In this document: in pieces, positions 1-9,349 of the stretch
How positions within the stretch are numbered: position 1 is the first letter of the stretch
Layout: the number at the start of each line of letters is the position of its first letter
Assembly (NCBI GenBank): GCA_043803945.1
Contig: JAZDJN010000042.1
Location: 1-64,000 of the forward strand
Length of the DNA stretch: 64,000 bases
Direction: 5' to 3'
DNA from: a bacterium
GTDB taxonomy: Bacteria; Bacteroidota; Ignavibacteria; UBA10030
Notes under the pieces: model-generated
What the model was told of the DNA's origin: nothing
What the model saw: only the letters and a program-made list of their open reading frames with translations
Database searches by the model: none
Translations under genes and position numbers: made by a program

Positions 1-138
1 TCTATTGCACAAACTAAATCTCAAACCCCCTTCCAGGCTTGAAATGAAACTCAAATTGTAGTGTAAACTTTTGACACCTTTTGCCTCTTATAGCTCAGAA
101 TCATCGTTTTTTCTTCACAACTGTCGAACTTGGGCTAG
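1..138 (+). mobile_element. Probable 3' end of an IS element (IS1634/IS4-like), truncated by the window edge
   Basis: Frame from position 2 reads LLHKLNLKPPSRLEMKLKL* (TAG 59-61), resembling IS1634-type transposase C-termini as I recall them. It is followed by AACTGTCGAACTTGGG-CTAG (119-138), which resembles their right ends. The left end and catalytic core are not visible. Confidence 0.35.
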
Positions 139-313
139 GAATACTTACACGTTCATGACGTAGAGAGTGAGGATATATTTTATGGAACGGATTAACATAG
201 TTATTACAATACACTAATTGAAGAAGGATTCATCGATGCTGGGGAAAACGCATGTACGTGATATACAGAAATTGAGTGACCAGACTAAGAAGATATGCTA
301 CACAAACTCAGGG

Positions 314-1861
314 ATGAAAAATCTCCGGTGTTCTTCACTAATCTCTTGGTTTGTTCTTGCGGTACTCTTCGTTAGTACAGGATTGTTGCCCGAGCGACTG
401 GTTGCGCAACCGCTGGCAGCGGGAAAAAGTAAATTTCTCGGATGCAGTATCCGGAGCGTCCGCTCGAATTTCTCGAAGTACTTTAACCAGGTAACCCCCG
501 AAAATGCCGGGAAATGGGGCAGTGTCGAAGGAGGCATGGATTCCTATAATTGGACTCCCCTCGACACAATTTACAAGTATGCACTCGCCAATGGTTTCCC
601 TTACAAGCATCATGCATTAGTGTGGGGGCAGCAATACCCATCATGGATTACGACGCTCGATTCAGCGAGCCAGCGGGCGCAGGTTGAAGAATGGATTCGC
701 CTCGTTGGTACGAGATATCCAAAAATGCATTCTATCGATGTGGTGAATGAACCTCTTCCTAATCACGCGCCAGCTCCCTATGCAAATGCTCTGGGAGGAA
801 GTGGAAAGACCGGCTGGGATTGGGTTATTACAGCATTCCGGTGGGCGCGGCAGTACTGTGCACCAGGAGTTCAACTGATTCTCAATGAGTACAATATCGT
901 TAACAGCAATATCGCAACCGATAATCTCCTGAAGCTCATTGATACACTCAAGGTCAGGGGATTGATCGACGCTGTTGGTATTCAATGCCATTATGGCGAA
1001 CTCAAAGGTGTAAATCCAAGCACAATACAAAACAATCTGGACAGGATTGCCGCAAAGGGGTTGCCCATCTATATCTCTGAATTTGAGATTAATGAAGCAG
1101 ATGATGCTGTGCAACTTCAGAATTATAAGACCTACTTCCCTCTCCTCTGGGAACATCCTGGTGTCCGTGGGATAACATTCTGGGGATATGTGATCTACGA
1201 TATCTGGCAAACGAATGGATATCTCCTCGATGAACGAGGTGCCGAACGCCCGGCATTGAAATGGCTGCGCACAAACATCATCAGCCCCCCAAGACCTGTA
1301 CCGATCTCTCCCATGACTGCAGGTGGCGTGCAGCGTAATCCGGTTCTTGTGTGGCATCCGTCCGATTCTGCGACGTCATACCATGTGCAGGCGTCAGGAG
1401 ACATCTTGTTCACTTCAACCGTCATTGACACAACCGTGAAAGATACGCTGGTTCAATTGAAGCCTCTTGCTGCCAATACGCGATACTACTGGCGTGTCAG
1501 CGGAGTGAATCAATACGGTGAAAGTGAATACTCTACCGCAGCAGTCTTTGTCACAGGAGATGCAATTTCATCCGTTGAAACGGCCGGTGGAATCCCTGCG
1601 GACTATCGTCTTTCTCAAAATTACCCCAATCCTTTCAATCCTGCAACACGGATCACATTTTCGCTTCCGGAGCGAAGCCATGTTTCACTGAAGATCTACT
1701 CCCTCCTTGGTAGTGAAGTTGCGACACTCGTCGATGGGATTCATCCTGCCGGTACACACGAGATAGTATTCAATGCTCAAGGACTCGGAAGTGGCGTGTA
1801 TCTGTATCGGCTATCGGCAAAGGGAGTAACACTGACAAAGAAATGTATTCTTTTACGATAG
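314..1861 (+). CDS. Secreted GH10 endo-1,4-beta-xylanase with Fn3-like domain and C-terminal secretion/sorting domain
   Basis: GH10 motifs QVTPENAGKW, HALVW, DVVNEP (acid/base) and IYISEF (nucleophile); YYWRV Fn3-like module; LSQNYPNPFNP...SGVYLYRL C-terminal domain. The ORF track starts at TTG 218; ATG 314 precedes the signal peptide and is the more likely start. Confidence 0.92.
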   Translation: MKNLRCSSLISWFVLAVLFVSTGLLPERLVAQPLAAGKSKFLGCSIRSVRSNFSKYFNQVTPENAGKWGSVEGGMDSYNWTPLDTIYKYALANGFPYKHHALVWGQQYPSWITTLDSASQRAQVEEWIRLVGTRYPKMHSIDVVNEPLPNHAPAPYANALGGSGKTGWDWVITAFRWARQYCAPGVQLILNEYNIVNSNIATDNLLKLIDTLKVRGLIDAVGIQCHYGELKGVNPSTIQNNLDRIAAKGLPIYISEFEINEADDAVQLQNYKTYFPLLWEHPGVRGITFWGYVIYDIWQTNGYLLDERGAERPALKWLRTNIISPPRPVPISPMTAGGVQRNPVLVWHPSDSATSYHVQASGDILFTSTVIDTTVKDTLVQLKPLAANTRYYWRVSGVNQYGESEYSTAAVFVTGDAISSVETAGGIPADYRLSQNYPNPFNPATRITFSLPERSHVSLKIYSLLGSEVATLVDGIHPAGTHEIVFNAQGLGSGVYLYRLSAKGVTLTKKCILLR

Positions 1862-1885
1862 TATTGCTTTATTGAAAGACAGACA

Positions 1886-3508
1886 ATGAACCTTTTCAGG
1901 CCAGCATACCCTATAGCCTCATATCGACGTAGGGTGAACCGTTTGCATCTTGTACAGAGACTTCTGTTACCAGTAATGATTGTAAGCGTAACAATGATAT
2001 CAGTGAGACAATCGCTCGCTCAACCCTTAACGACAAATATAGAAAAGTATTTGGGGGCCGCAACCAGCAGTTACCTGTTCAGGGATCTCAACCGCTACTG
2101 GAATCAATTGACACCCGGAAACGATGGCAAATGGGGATCCGTCTCCTCAACGAGAGGTTCTTATAATTGGACCAATCTCGACGCAATCTATGATTATGCA
2201 ATCTCAAGAGGTTTATTATACCGACACCATGTACTGGTCTGGGGCAGCCAGCAACCATCCTGGATTGCTTCACTCGATTCTGCAACGCAGCGGGCTGAGG
2301 TAGAAAAATGGTTTCAACTCGTTGGGCAACGCTATCCCCAGATGGCCTTTGCCGAAGTTGTCAATGAACCGTTTCACACCCCACTCCCGACCTATCGAAA
2401 TGCGCTCGGAGGCAATGGAACAACCGGATGGGATTGGGTTATTACGGCGTTTCAACTGGCACGGAAATATATGCCCGCAACTGCCAAGCTCCTGATCAAC
2501 GAATATAACGTTCTCCATGATAATACAGCGACAACGAATTATCTGAATTTGATCAATCTGCTGAAGGACAGAGGCCTGCTTGATGGGATCTGTATTCAGG
2601 GGCACTATTTTGAATTTAGAAGCGATATCTCCGCTTCGAGCCAGTACATTTATAACATCAATACAATCAAGAATAATCTCAACAGTTTTACTGCAACCGG
2701 ACTCCCTGTCTACATTTCTGAGTTTGATATCGATGAAACAGTGGATGCAAATCAACTGGAACAAATGAAAATTTACTTCCCGGTTTTTTGGGACAATCCG
2801 GGAGTAAAGGGAATTACATTCTGGGGATATATTGAATATGATGTCTGGACATCCCATCCCAACACGTATCTCCTGCGGTCAAATGAATCTGAGCGACCGG
2901 CGTTGCAGTGGATTCGTTCGTTTATCTACAGCCCCAAACCACCGGTATTGATTTCTCCTGTGACGGTTCTTGGTGTGCCGCGAAATCCCAAACTGATCTG
3001 GCATCGTTCCGATTCTGCTTCGTCGTACCACATCCAGGTCACTTCCAACAGCTTATTCACAACGGTCTTTCTGGATACTACTGTTACCGATACACTCCTG
3101 CAACTAAAGCTGCTCGATGCATACTCCAGATACTACTGGCGAGTCAGTGGTGTGAACGCCTATGGAGAAGGTTCCTTTTCCCCTGCTGCGGGATTTCAAA
3201 CGGGAGATCTGATTTCGGGCACTGAAGAGCAACAAGCGATACCGATGAATTTCTCGCTGGCTCAAAATTATCCCAATCCGTTCAATCCATCGACGACCAT
3301 CGAATTTTCATTGCCGATTGAATCGAAGGTGAAGCTGAGTGTATTCGATCTTTTGGGCCGCGAGGTTGCAGTACTTGTAGATGACAATAAATCTGCCGGC
3401 ACATACAGGACAACGTGGGATGAAAAGGGATTTTCATCTGGCATGTATTATTATCGCTTGCAGGCTGGAGAGTTTGTTCAGACGAAAAAGCTTTTACTGC
3501 TCAAATAG
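1886..3508 (+). CDS. Secreted GH10 endo-1,4-beta-xylanase, tandem paralog of the upstream gene
   Basis: QLTPGNDGKW, HVLVW, EVVNEP and VYISEFD motifs; same Fn3-like plus QNYPNPFNP C-terminal architecture. Confidence 0.92.
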   Translation: MNLFRPAYPIASYRRRVNRLHLVQRLLLPVMIVSVTMISVRQSLAQPLTTNIEKYLGAATSSYLFRDLNRYWNQLTPGNDGKWGSVSSTRGSYNWTNLDAIYDYAISRGLLYRHHVLVWGSQQPSWIASLDSATQRAEVEKWFQLVGQRYPQMAFAEVVNEPFHTPLPTYRNALGGNGTTGWDWVITAFQLARKYMPATAKLLINEYNVLHDNTATTNYLNLINLLKDRGLLDGICIQGHYFEFRSDISASSQYIYNINTIKNNLNSFTATGLPVYISEFDIDETVDANQLEQMKIYFPVFWDNPGVKGITFWGYIEYDVWTSHPNTYLLRSNESERPALQWIRSFIYSPKPPVLISPVTVLGVPRNPKLIWHRSDSASSYHIQVTSNSLFTTVFLDTTVTDTLLQLKLLDAYSRYYWRVSGVNAYGEGSFSPAAGFQTGDLISGTEEQQAIPMNFSLAQNYPNPFNPSTTIEFSLPIESKVKLSVFDLLGREVAVLVDDNKSAGTYRTTWDEKGFSSGMYYYRLQAGEFVQTKKLLLLK

Positions 3509-3584
3509 TATCAAAGCAGATATAATGATTCTTTATCACGTTATCATACGTAAACAAGCATGTGAAGAATTTGCTGTTTTCTTA

Positions 3585-3597
3585 TAAACCGTTTTAA
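3585..3597. promoter_or_regulatory. Candidate LacI-type operator upstream of the large xylanase
   Basis: TAAACCGTTTTAA, a CG-centred pseudo-palindrome that matches 11/13 to TGAACCGATTTAA upstream of xylA. Confidence 0.3.
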
Positions 3598-3684
3598 AAT
3601 TCAGCGGCATTGATTCTGTGTCTGCCTCCGGGTTGTCAACCAACAGGCTCTCCAGCGAAAGTGTCTAGTGCATAAGGAGTAGCA

Positions 3685-6600
3685 ATGAAAAAGAGTCAAA
3701 TACATCATGAAGAGAACAGAACGAGCCGGCTTCAGGGCAGGTTCATTCTATTTGTAGTCCTTGTCATAATTTGTTCGGTTCAACTGCATGCCCAATCAGA
3801 CACGATCCAGACAACTGTGCCGTCTCTTAAGAATGTCTATGCAGGGGATTTTTATATCGGTTGCATTTTATCGTATAGAAATATCGGTTTTCCAAGCGAT
3901 CCAATTATTTCAGGTCAATCGCAGGTGGTAACGCCAAATGGGGGATACCTGATCAAATTCCACATGAATTCCATGACGCCCGGCAACAATATGAAGCCGC
4001 AATACACTATCGACTTGAGCGGTAGCGCTTCGGCGTATAATGCGGCGACAACAAGCCAGGCCAAAGATTCCATAGAGACTCACCCGACCGTGAGGTTTAA
4101 TGGAGACATCATCGCTCAACTCAATTGGGCAAAGAGGCAGGGGTTCACTTTTCGCGGACATGTTTTGATTTGGCATCAGCAAACTCCTGCTGCCTTTTTT
4201 CGATCAGGATATTCAGCGACAGGAACACGATTGACAAAAACAGTAATGATACAACGGATGGAGAACTATCTTAAAGAAGTAATAAGATTGATCCATGAAG
4301 GATGGCCGGGATTACTCTCGGCGATGGATGTTGTGAATGAGGCCGTGAATGACAACACCGGTACAGACCGCACCGACAGTGAATGGTACATAACATTTGG
4401 GGATAATAGTTATGTAATGAAGGCATTTGAATTAGTCCGTAAGTATACTATTCAATACGGCGAGACACAGATAAAACTTTATTACAATGACTATAATGAG
4501 GACAATGCGAACAAAGCAAATGGTATTGTAAGAATTTGTACCCCTATTTTTCAGGCAGGATATCTTGATGGAATTGGTATGCAGGGGCACGAAGCAAACA
4601 CTTATCCGACGGCTGAAGCATGGATAAATAGCTATAATAAATTTAATGCAATTTGTAATGAGATGTCGGTAACTGAGTTTTATGTAAATACTGGAAGCAC
4701 TAATCCTTCTGCTGCTGTCTTAGCTATCCAGGCAAACCAACATGCTCAATTATTTAAATGTTTTGTTGAACGGAGCTACTTTTCAGGCCGGGGTAAAATA
4801 ATTAATTTTACCAAAGACGGATTGAACGACCAATATACTTTCAATACCAATTCTTCCTCTTTGTGGGATTCAAACAACAAATGTAAACCTGCATTTTATG
4901 CCGTTGTCAACGTTGGGATGAATTATAATATCTTAGACTCGCTCGTCACGTATGTAGACTCATTAAAAGAAGAACAATATACCACCGACTCATGGTCAAA
5001 TTTAACCGCCGCATTAACCTCTGCCAAATATGCCATGGAGCAGAATTATTCAATTTCTGTATCGGCTGCTGATGCCCTGGGAGAGGCAAAAGAAACCCTG
5101 AGCACTGCCATCAAAGGATTAATTAAGACAAGCGAATGGGAAGCCAGAAAACCTATTATTGTAGAAGCTGATTCGGGCAATAAAGGGAGTGATTATTCAA
5201 TCATACAAAACAGTGGTATCACTTATGTATCGATTCAAACCAATTATATAAATTTGGGAAATCCAGGCAGCTCTAATCGTATTATTACATATAATGTCAC
5301 CTTACCTGATTCCGGGACTTATAATCTCTTTGCCCGCGTACGTGTCGGTGCTGGCCGATATGATGATGACAGTTTCTTCTATGGCAATGGATTCGGTACA
5401 AAATCTCCCACAAATGATGACGATTGGATAATGGTGAATGGGCTTCAGACTTCCGGCTTCTCAGGTCCGGGCGATGTTGTTAGTGAGCCAGGTGGACTTG
5501 GTGAAGGAGTATGGAAATGGGTGAACCTATCAAAAAATGTTTACCAAGGTGAGCAAGGAATTACCTTCGTCGTAAAAAAAGATAGTTTGATACGCACATT
5601 TCAAATTGGCGGCCGCGAAAATGGATTAGAGATCGACAAGTTCGCATTGGGACGAGTTGACTTATTCTATACCGTAAGAAATCTTGATAGTGTAGAAGCC
5701 GGTTCAACTGAATTACCGGGCAAAGTATGGGCAGGCCCACCCCTTGCATACAAACAGACCAAATTTGTAGGCAGTGCCTTCAGCTCTAACCAGGCACCTA
5801 ACTTTGCGGCATATTGGAACCAGGTAACACCGGAAGATGCAGGGAAATGGGGAAGTGTGGAGGGAACTCGTAATGTTATGAACTGGGGTGGTCTGGATGC
5901 CGCATATAATTTTGCTAAAGCTAATCGTTTCCCATTTACATTTCACACACTTCTTTGGGGAAATCAACAACCTGCCTGGATGGAGAATTTGGCGGGTGCA
6001 CCGGATGAACAACTGCAAGAAATAAAACAGTGGTTCCAGGCCGTTGCCGATCGATACCCTCATGTTGAATATGTTCAAGTTGTGAATGAACCATTACATG
6101 ATCCCCCGACAGCCGGCAGCGGTAATTATATAGGAGCTTTAGGCGGTACTGGAACAACAGGCTGGGATTGGGTGCTGAATGCCTTTAGAATGGCTCGTAA
6201 TATTTTTTCGGATAGCACGAAATTAATGATAAACGATTACAATATTATTAACAGCTCTACTAACACAAGCCAATATCTAGCACTTATAAAATTGCTGCAG
6301 ACAGAAAAATTAGTTGATATTATTGGCGTTCAGGGGCATGCATTCTCTACAACCGGTCCAGTGAGTACAATGAAAAGCGGCCTCGATGCTTTAGCATCAA
6401 CAGAGTTGCCAATTCAGATAACTGAAATGGATATCGATGGACCTACGGACGATGTGCAGTTGCAGAACTATCAGCGGATTTTCCCTGCGCTGTATGAGCA
6501 TCCCCGAGTTCAAGGCATTACGTTATGGGGCTGGAAACCCGGATTGTGGAGAAATGCACAAGGTGCTTTTCTTATAGGACAAAACGGTGCTGAGAGACCT

Positions 6601-6993
6601 GCTTTACAATGGCTAAGGGAATATCTGGAAACTGTTACAATAACTGTATCAGTTGAACTTGCCGAAGGAGTACCAGAGAGTTACAGACTAGAGAATAATT
6701 ATCCAAATCCGTTTAACCCGATTACTCAAATCGCATACTCGGTTCCGCAGAGTAGTTACATCTCGCTGAAAGTGTACAATCTTCTAGGGCAGGAAGTAGC
6801 AACACTGTTTGACGGTGTCCGGCAATCTGGAAAGTATATAGCCACGTTTAATGGCGAAGGACTTGCAAGCGGCGTTTATTTATATAGACTGACTGGCACA
6901 CCTTCGGTATCCGGAAATCTCGTTCATGCTGAATTTCGAAACGGACAGACAAACAACTTTATAGGAACAAAAAGACTTGTTTTACTGAAGTAA
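3685..6993 (+). CDS. Multimodular secreted xylanase: GH10 - FIVAR-like helix - putative CBM - GH10 - C-terminal sorting domain
   Basis: First GH10 has GHVLIWH, MDVVNEA, YYNDYN and SVTEF; second has QVTPEDAGKW, QVVNEP and QITEMD; NNYPNPFNP C-terminal domain; RBS AAGGAG upstream. Confidence 0.9.
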   Translation: MKKSQIHHEENRTSRLQGRFILFVVLVIICSVQLHAQSDTIQTTVPSLKNVYAGDFYIGCILSYRNIGFPSDPIISGQSQVVTPNGGYLIKFHMNSMTPGNNMKPQYTIDLSGSASAYNAATTSQAKDSIETHPTVRFNGDIIAQLNWAKRQGFTFRGHVLIWHQQTPAAFFRSGYSATGTRLTKTVMIQRMENYLKEVIRLIHEGWPGLLSAMDVVNEAVNDNTGTDRTDSEWYITFGDNSYVMKAFELVRKYTIQYGETQIKLYYNDYNEDNANKANGIVRICTPIFQAGYLDGIGMQGHEANTYPTAEAWINSYNKFNAICNEMSVTEFYVNTGSTNPSAAVLAIQANQHAQLFKCFVERSYFSGRGKIINFTKDGLNDQYTFNTNSSSLWDSNNKCKPAFYAVVNVGMNYNILDSLVTYVDSLKEEQYTTDSWSNLTAALTSAKYAMEQNYSISVSAADALGEAKETLSTAIKGLIKTSEWEARKPIIVEADSGNKGSDYSIIQNSGITYVSIQTNYINLGNPGSSNRIITYNVTLPDSGTYNLFARVRVGAGRYDDDSFFYGNGFGTKSPTNDDDWIMVNGLQTSGFSGPGDVVSEPGGLGEGVWKWVNLSKNVYQGEQGITFVVKKDSLIRTFQIGGRENGLEIDKFALGRVDLFYTVRNLDSVEAGSTELPGKVWAGPPLAYKQTKFVGSAFSSNQAPNFAAYWNQVTPEDAGKWGSVEGTRNVMNWGGLDAAYNFAKANRFPFTFHTLLWGNQQPAWMENLAGAPDEQLQEIKQWFQAVADRYPHVEYVQVVNEPLHDPPTAGSGNYIGALGGTGTTGWDWVLNAFRMARNIFSDSTKLMINDYNIINSSTNTSQYLALIKLLQTEKLVDIIGVQGHAFSTTGPVSTMKSGLDALASTELPIQITEMDIDGPTDDVQLQNYQRIFPALYEHPRVQGITLWGWKPGLWRNAQGAFLIGQNGAERPALQWLREYLETVTITVSVELAEGVPESYRLENNYPNPFNPITQIAYSVPQSSYISLKVYNLLGQEVATLFDGVRQSGKYIATFNGEGLASGVYLYRLTGTPSVSGNLVHAEFRNGQTNNFIGTKRLVLLK

Positions 6994-7063
6994 AAAGATA
7001 CTCGGAGCACCTTGCTCACGTAGTCACGATTCACGAGATCACTAAAGGTCACAGGAGCAACCA

Positions 7064-8923
7064 ATGAAATGGTATATACGGATTTGTTATGGCTGTATTC
7101 TTCTCTCTCTCTGCTCAGGTGCAATACCGGCGACAGCACAGCCATCCGGCGGACCATATGGCCCAATTCAACAAATTTATCAACAGCCAACCGGAGCGGG
7201 GAAAATATATTATGTCACTATCGATGGACGGGCGGATCAATCAGGCGAAACGCTCGCCGAACCAACATCGTTGGAAGCGGCCATTGAACGCGTTCGGACC
7301 GGTGACGCGATCGTCATGCGCGGCGGTACCTATCGAATCGGCAGCCTCGTCGTGAACCAGGGAATCACCATACAGCCCTATGCCGACGAACAGCCAATTT
7401 TGAAAGGCACATTCGTTGCGACAGAATGGAAGAATCTTGGCAACGGTTTATGGAAGACTTCCTGGAAGCATTTATTTCCGGCCAAACCCGACAGTTGGTG
7501 GTCACGCGACAGATTCGGGAAAGAGACACCGCTGTATCGATTCAACAATGACATGGTATTCGTCGATGGAAGATTCTTACAAGCCGTTGGCCAGGAAGAA
7601 GATGTTGACGAACACTCGTATTACATCGACTACGACGCCGGACAGGTGTATATTGGCACAGATCCCTCACATCGACTGGTGGAAATCACAGCGTTCGATA
7701 TCGCACTGAAAAGAACCGTCGGAGATTGCCATGGCAAAATTTCAGACCATAAGGGACCTGTCATTCGAGGAATAACGTTCACTCAATATGCCTACCGTGC
7801 ACTTGAAGTCGAAGGAAAAGAACCTGAGGGTGTTTCTGCTGAGTCGGATCATGGAAAAGATGTTATTGGGACGACGCTTGAGCATTGTACTATATCATTC
7901 TGTTCCCGGGTTGCTGCGTATCTTAGAGGAGATCACTTAGCACTCCGGCATTGCAAGGTGAGTGACACCAGTACGGAAGGGATCTACATCATTGCTTCGT
8001 CCGACGTTCTCCTGGAAAAGAACATATTCACTCGCAACAATATCGAACGGATCACGGGATATTATCCTGCAGCAGTGAAAATTTTTAACCAGAGTTACCG
8101 CGTGACGTGCAGCGATAATCTGGTCATCGACCTCCCGTATTCAAACGGCATCTGGTATGATGTCGGTAATGTGGACGGTCATTTCCTAAACAACTGGGTC
8201 GAGGGTGTGGGTAATGTGAACAGAACGTTGGATGAAAAGAAACCATGGCCAAGTGAAAGTGGATTCTTTTTCGAAATATCAAAAGGGGCAATTTGCGCCG
8301 GTAATGTGTTTGTCAATTGTGATCAGGGGATTTTTATCTTAAACAGTTCGAACGTACAAGTGTACCAGAATACCTTGGTAAACAGTACCGTTTGTATCGG
8401 ACGTAATGAAAGAACTGCCGCCAATGATCGCACCTTTGGCTGGCATTCCAGCACAGGTCCAGATGTCGACAAGCGAGATGGACATGTGTTTGTGAACAAC
8501 CTGCTCACAGGAAATTCAACGTATCACAGGCCGCTTCTGTTTGTTTGGCAGCCGGCTTCCCTGTGCAAACAGCTACCGAATTCACAACTGAGGCAGCTTG
8601 ATTATACTGTGTATGTGCGTACTATTGAAACAACACAAGCTCCATTGATAGTCTGGAGTCCTGCTCCAGGTGAAGAGTGTCAAGTAGGATTTGAGTCATT
8701 GAGTGATCTGCGAAAACTGTACCCGGAGTTTTCGGGCAACAGCCTCTCATTATATAATTATCATGGCCCATTGTTCAAGAGTACGGAGTTGGGCAACTAC
8801 CAATTACTACCAGAATTTCCAGGAGCGAATTCAGGAATACAGCTTCCGGTGGAGATCAGCAAGTTTCTTCGCCTGTCCAAGGGGAATGGTCCCTATGTTG
8901 GAGCGTACCCTATAATACCCTGA
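7064..8923 (+). CDS. Secreted right-handed parallel beta-helix protein, GH120 beta-xylosidase-like
   Basis: Signal peptide; YYV..G...G....P...AI....GD...RGGTY beta-helix cap; Asn-ladder repeats; GIWYD and FFEISKG resemble the GLWLD and FVEVSHG catalytic segments of GH120 XylC. Confidence 0.65.
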   Translation: MKWYIRICYGCILLSLCSGAIPATAQPSGGPYGPIQQIYQQPTGAGKIYYVTIDGRADQSGETLAEPTSLEAAIERVRTGDAIVMRGGTYRIGSLVVNQGITIQPYADEQPILKGTFVATEWKNLGNGLWKTSWKHLFPAKPDSWWSRDRFGKETPLYRFNNDMVFVDGRFLQAVGQEEDVDEHSYYIDYDAGQVYIGTDPSHRLVEITAFDIALKRTVGDCHGKISDHKGPVIRGITFTQYAYRALEVEGKEPEGVSAESDHGKDVIGTTLEHCTISFCSRVAAYLRGDHLALRHCKVSDTSTEGIYIIASSDVLLEKNIFTRNNIERITGYYPAAVKIFNQSYRVTCSDNLVIDLPYSNGIWYDVGNVDGHFLNNWVEGVGNVNRTLDEKKPWPSESGFFFEISKGAICAGNVFVNCDQGIFILNSSNVQVYQNTLVNSTVCIGRNERTAANDRTFGWHSSTGPDVDKRDGHVFVNNLLTGNSTYHRPLLFVWQPASLCKQLPNSQLRQLDYTVYVRTIETTQAPLIVWSPAPGEECQVGFESLSDLRKLYPEFSGNSLSLYNYHGPLFKSTELGNYQLLPEFPGANSGIQLPVEISKFLRLSKGNGPYVGAYPIIP

Positions 8924-9105
8924 TCGGAGATCAGATTACAATTAGTAATCACCGTACCAAAAATGCGGGTCTGCAACCAGGGTGCGAATATCTCTAACTG
9001 CAAAGGACACTAAAATCGGACAGGATATATATATTGGTGTTATAAGAGAAGCATTTGCGGCGGGGAGGTGGATGAGTCGTTACAATCAATCTTCTACATT
9101 TCCCA

Positions 9106-9349
9106 TTAGTAGTACGGAAGAACTCTTCTAGAATATTCGATATCCAACTTTTTTAAATTCGGATAAAGCCTTTTATACACATCAAATAGCTGCTGATATA
9201 TTTTATAGTGTTGCACATCCGGCCTTATACTATTCTTACTACCGGTCATTTCATGTGCGGCTTCTTTCCATGATCGGTACCAACCGATACCCACGGCAGC
9301 CGCAATCGCCGCTCCCAGGCCGGATGCTTCGGTGTTTTCGGGAATTGTA
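9106..9349 (-). pseudogene. 3'-terminal remnant (about 80 codons) of an FGGY-family sugar kinase, xylulokinase-like
   Basis: Minus-strand frame TIPENTEASGLGAAIAAAVGIGWYRSWKEAA...YQQLFDVYKRLYPNLK is a typical FGGY C-terminus. It starts directly at the dehydrogenase stop, with an in-frame TAG just upstream and no N-terminal domain. Confidence 0.8.

Noticed and set aside
218-313. N-terminal extension of the first xylanase from TTG 218
   Set aside because: The signal peptide begins after ATG 314; the extension is hydrophilic and probably not translated
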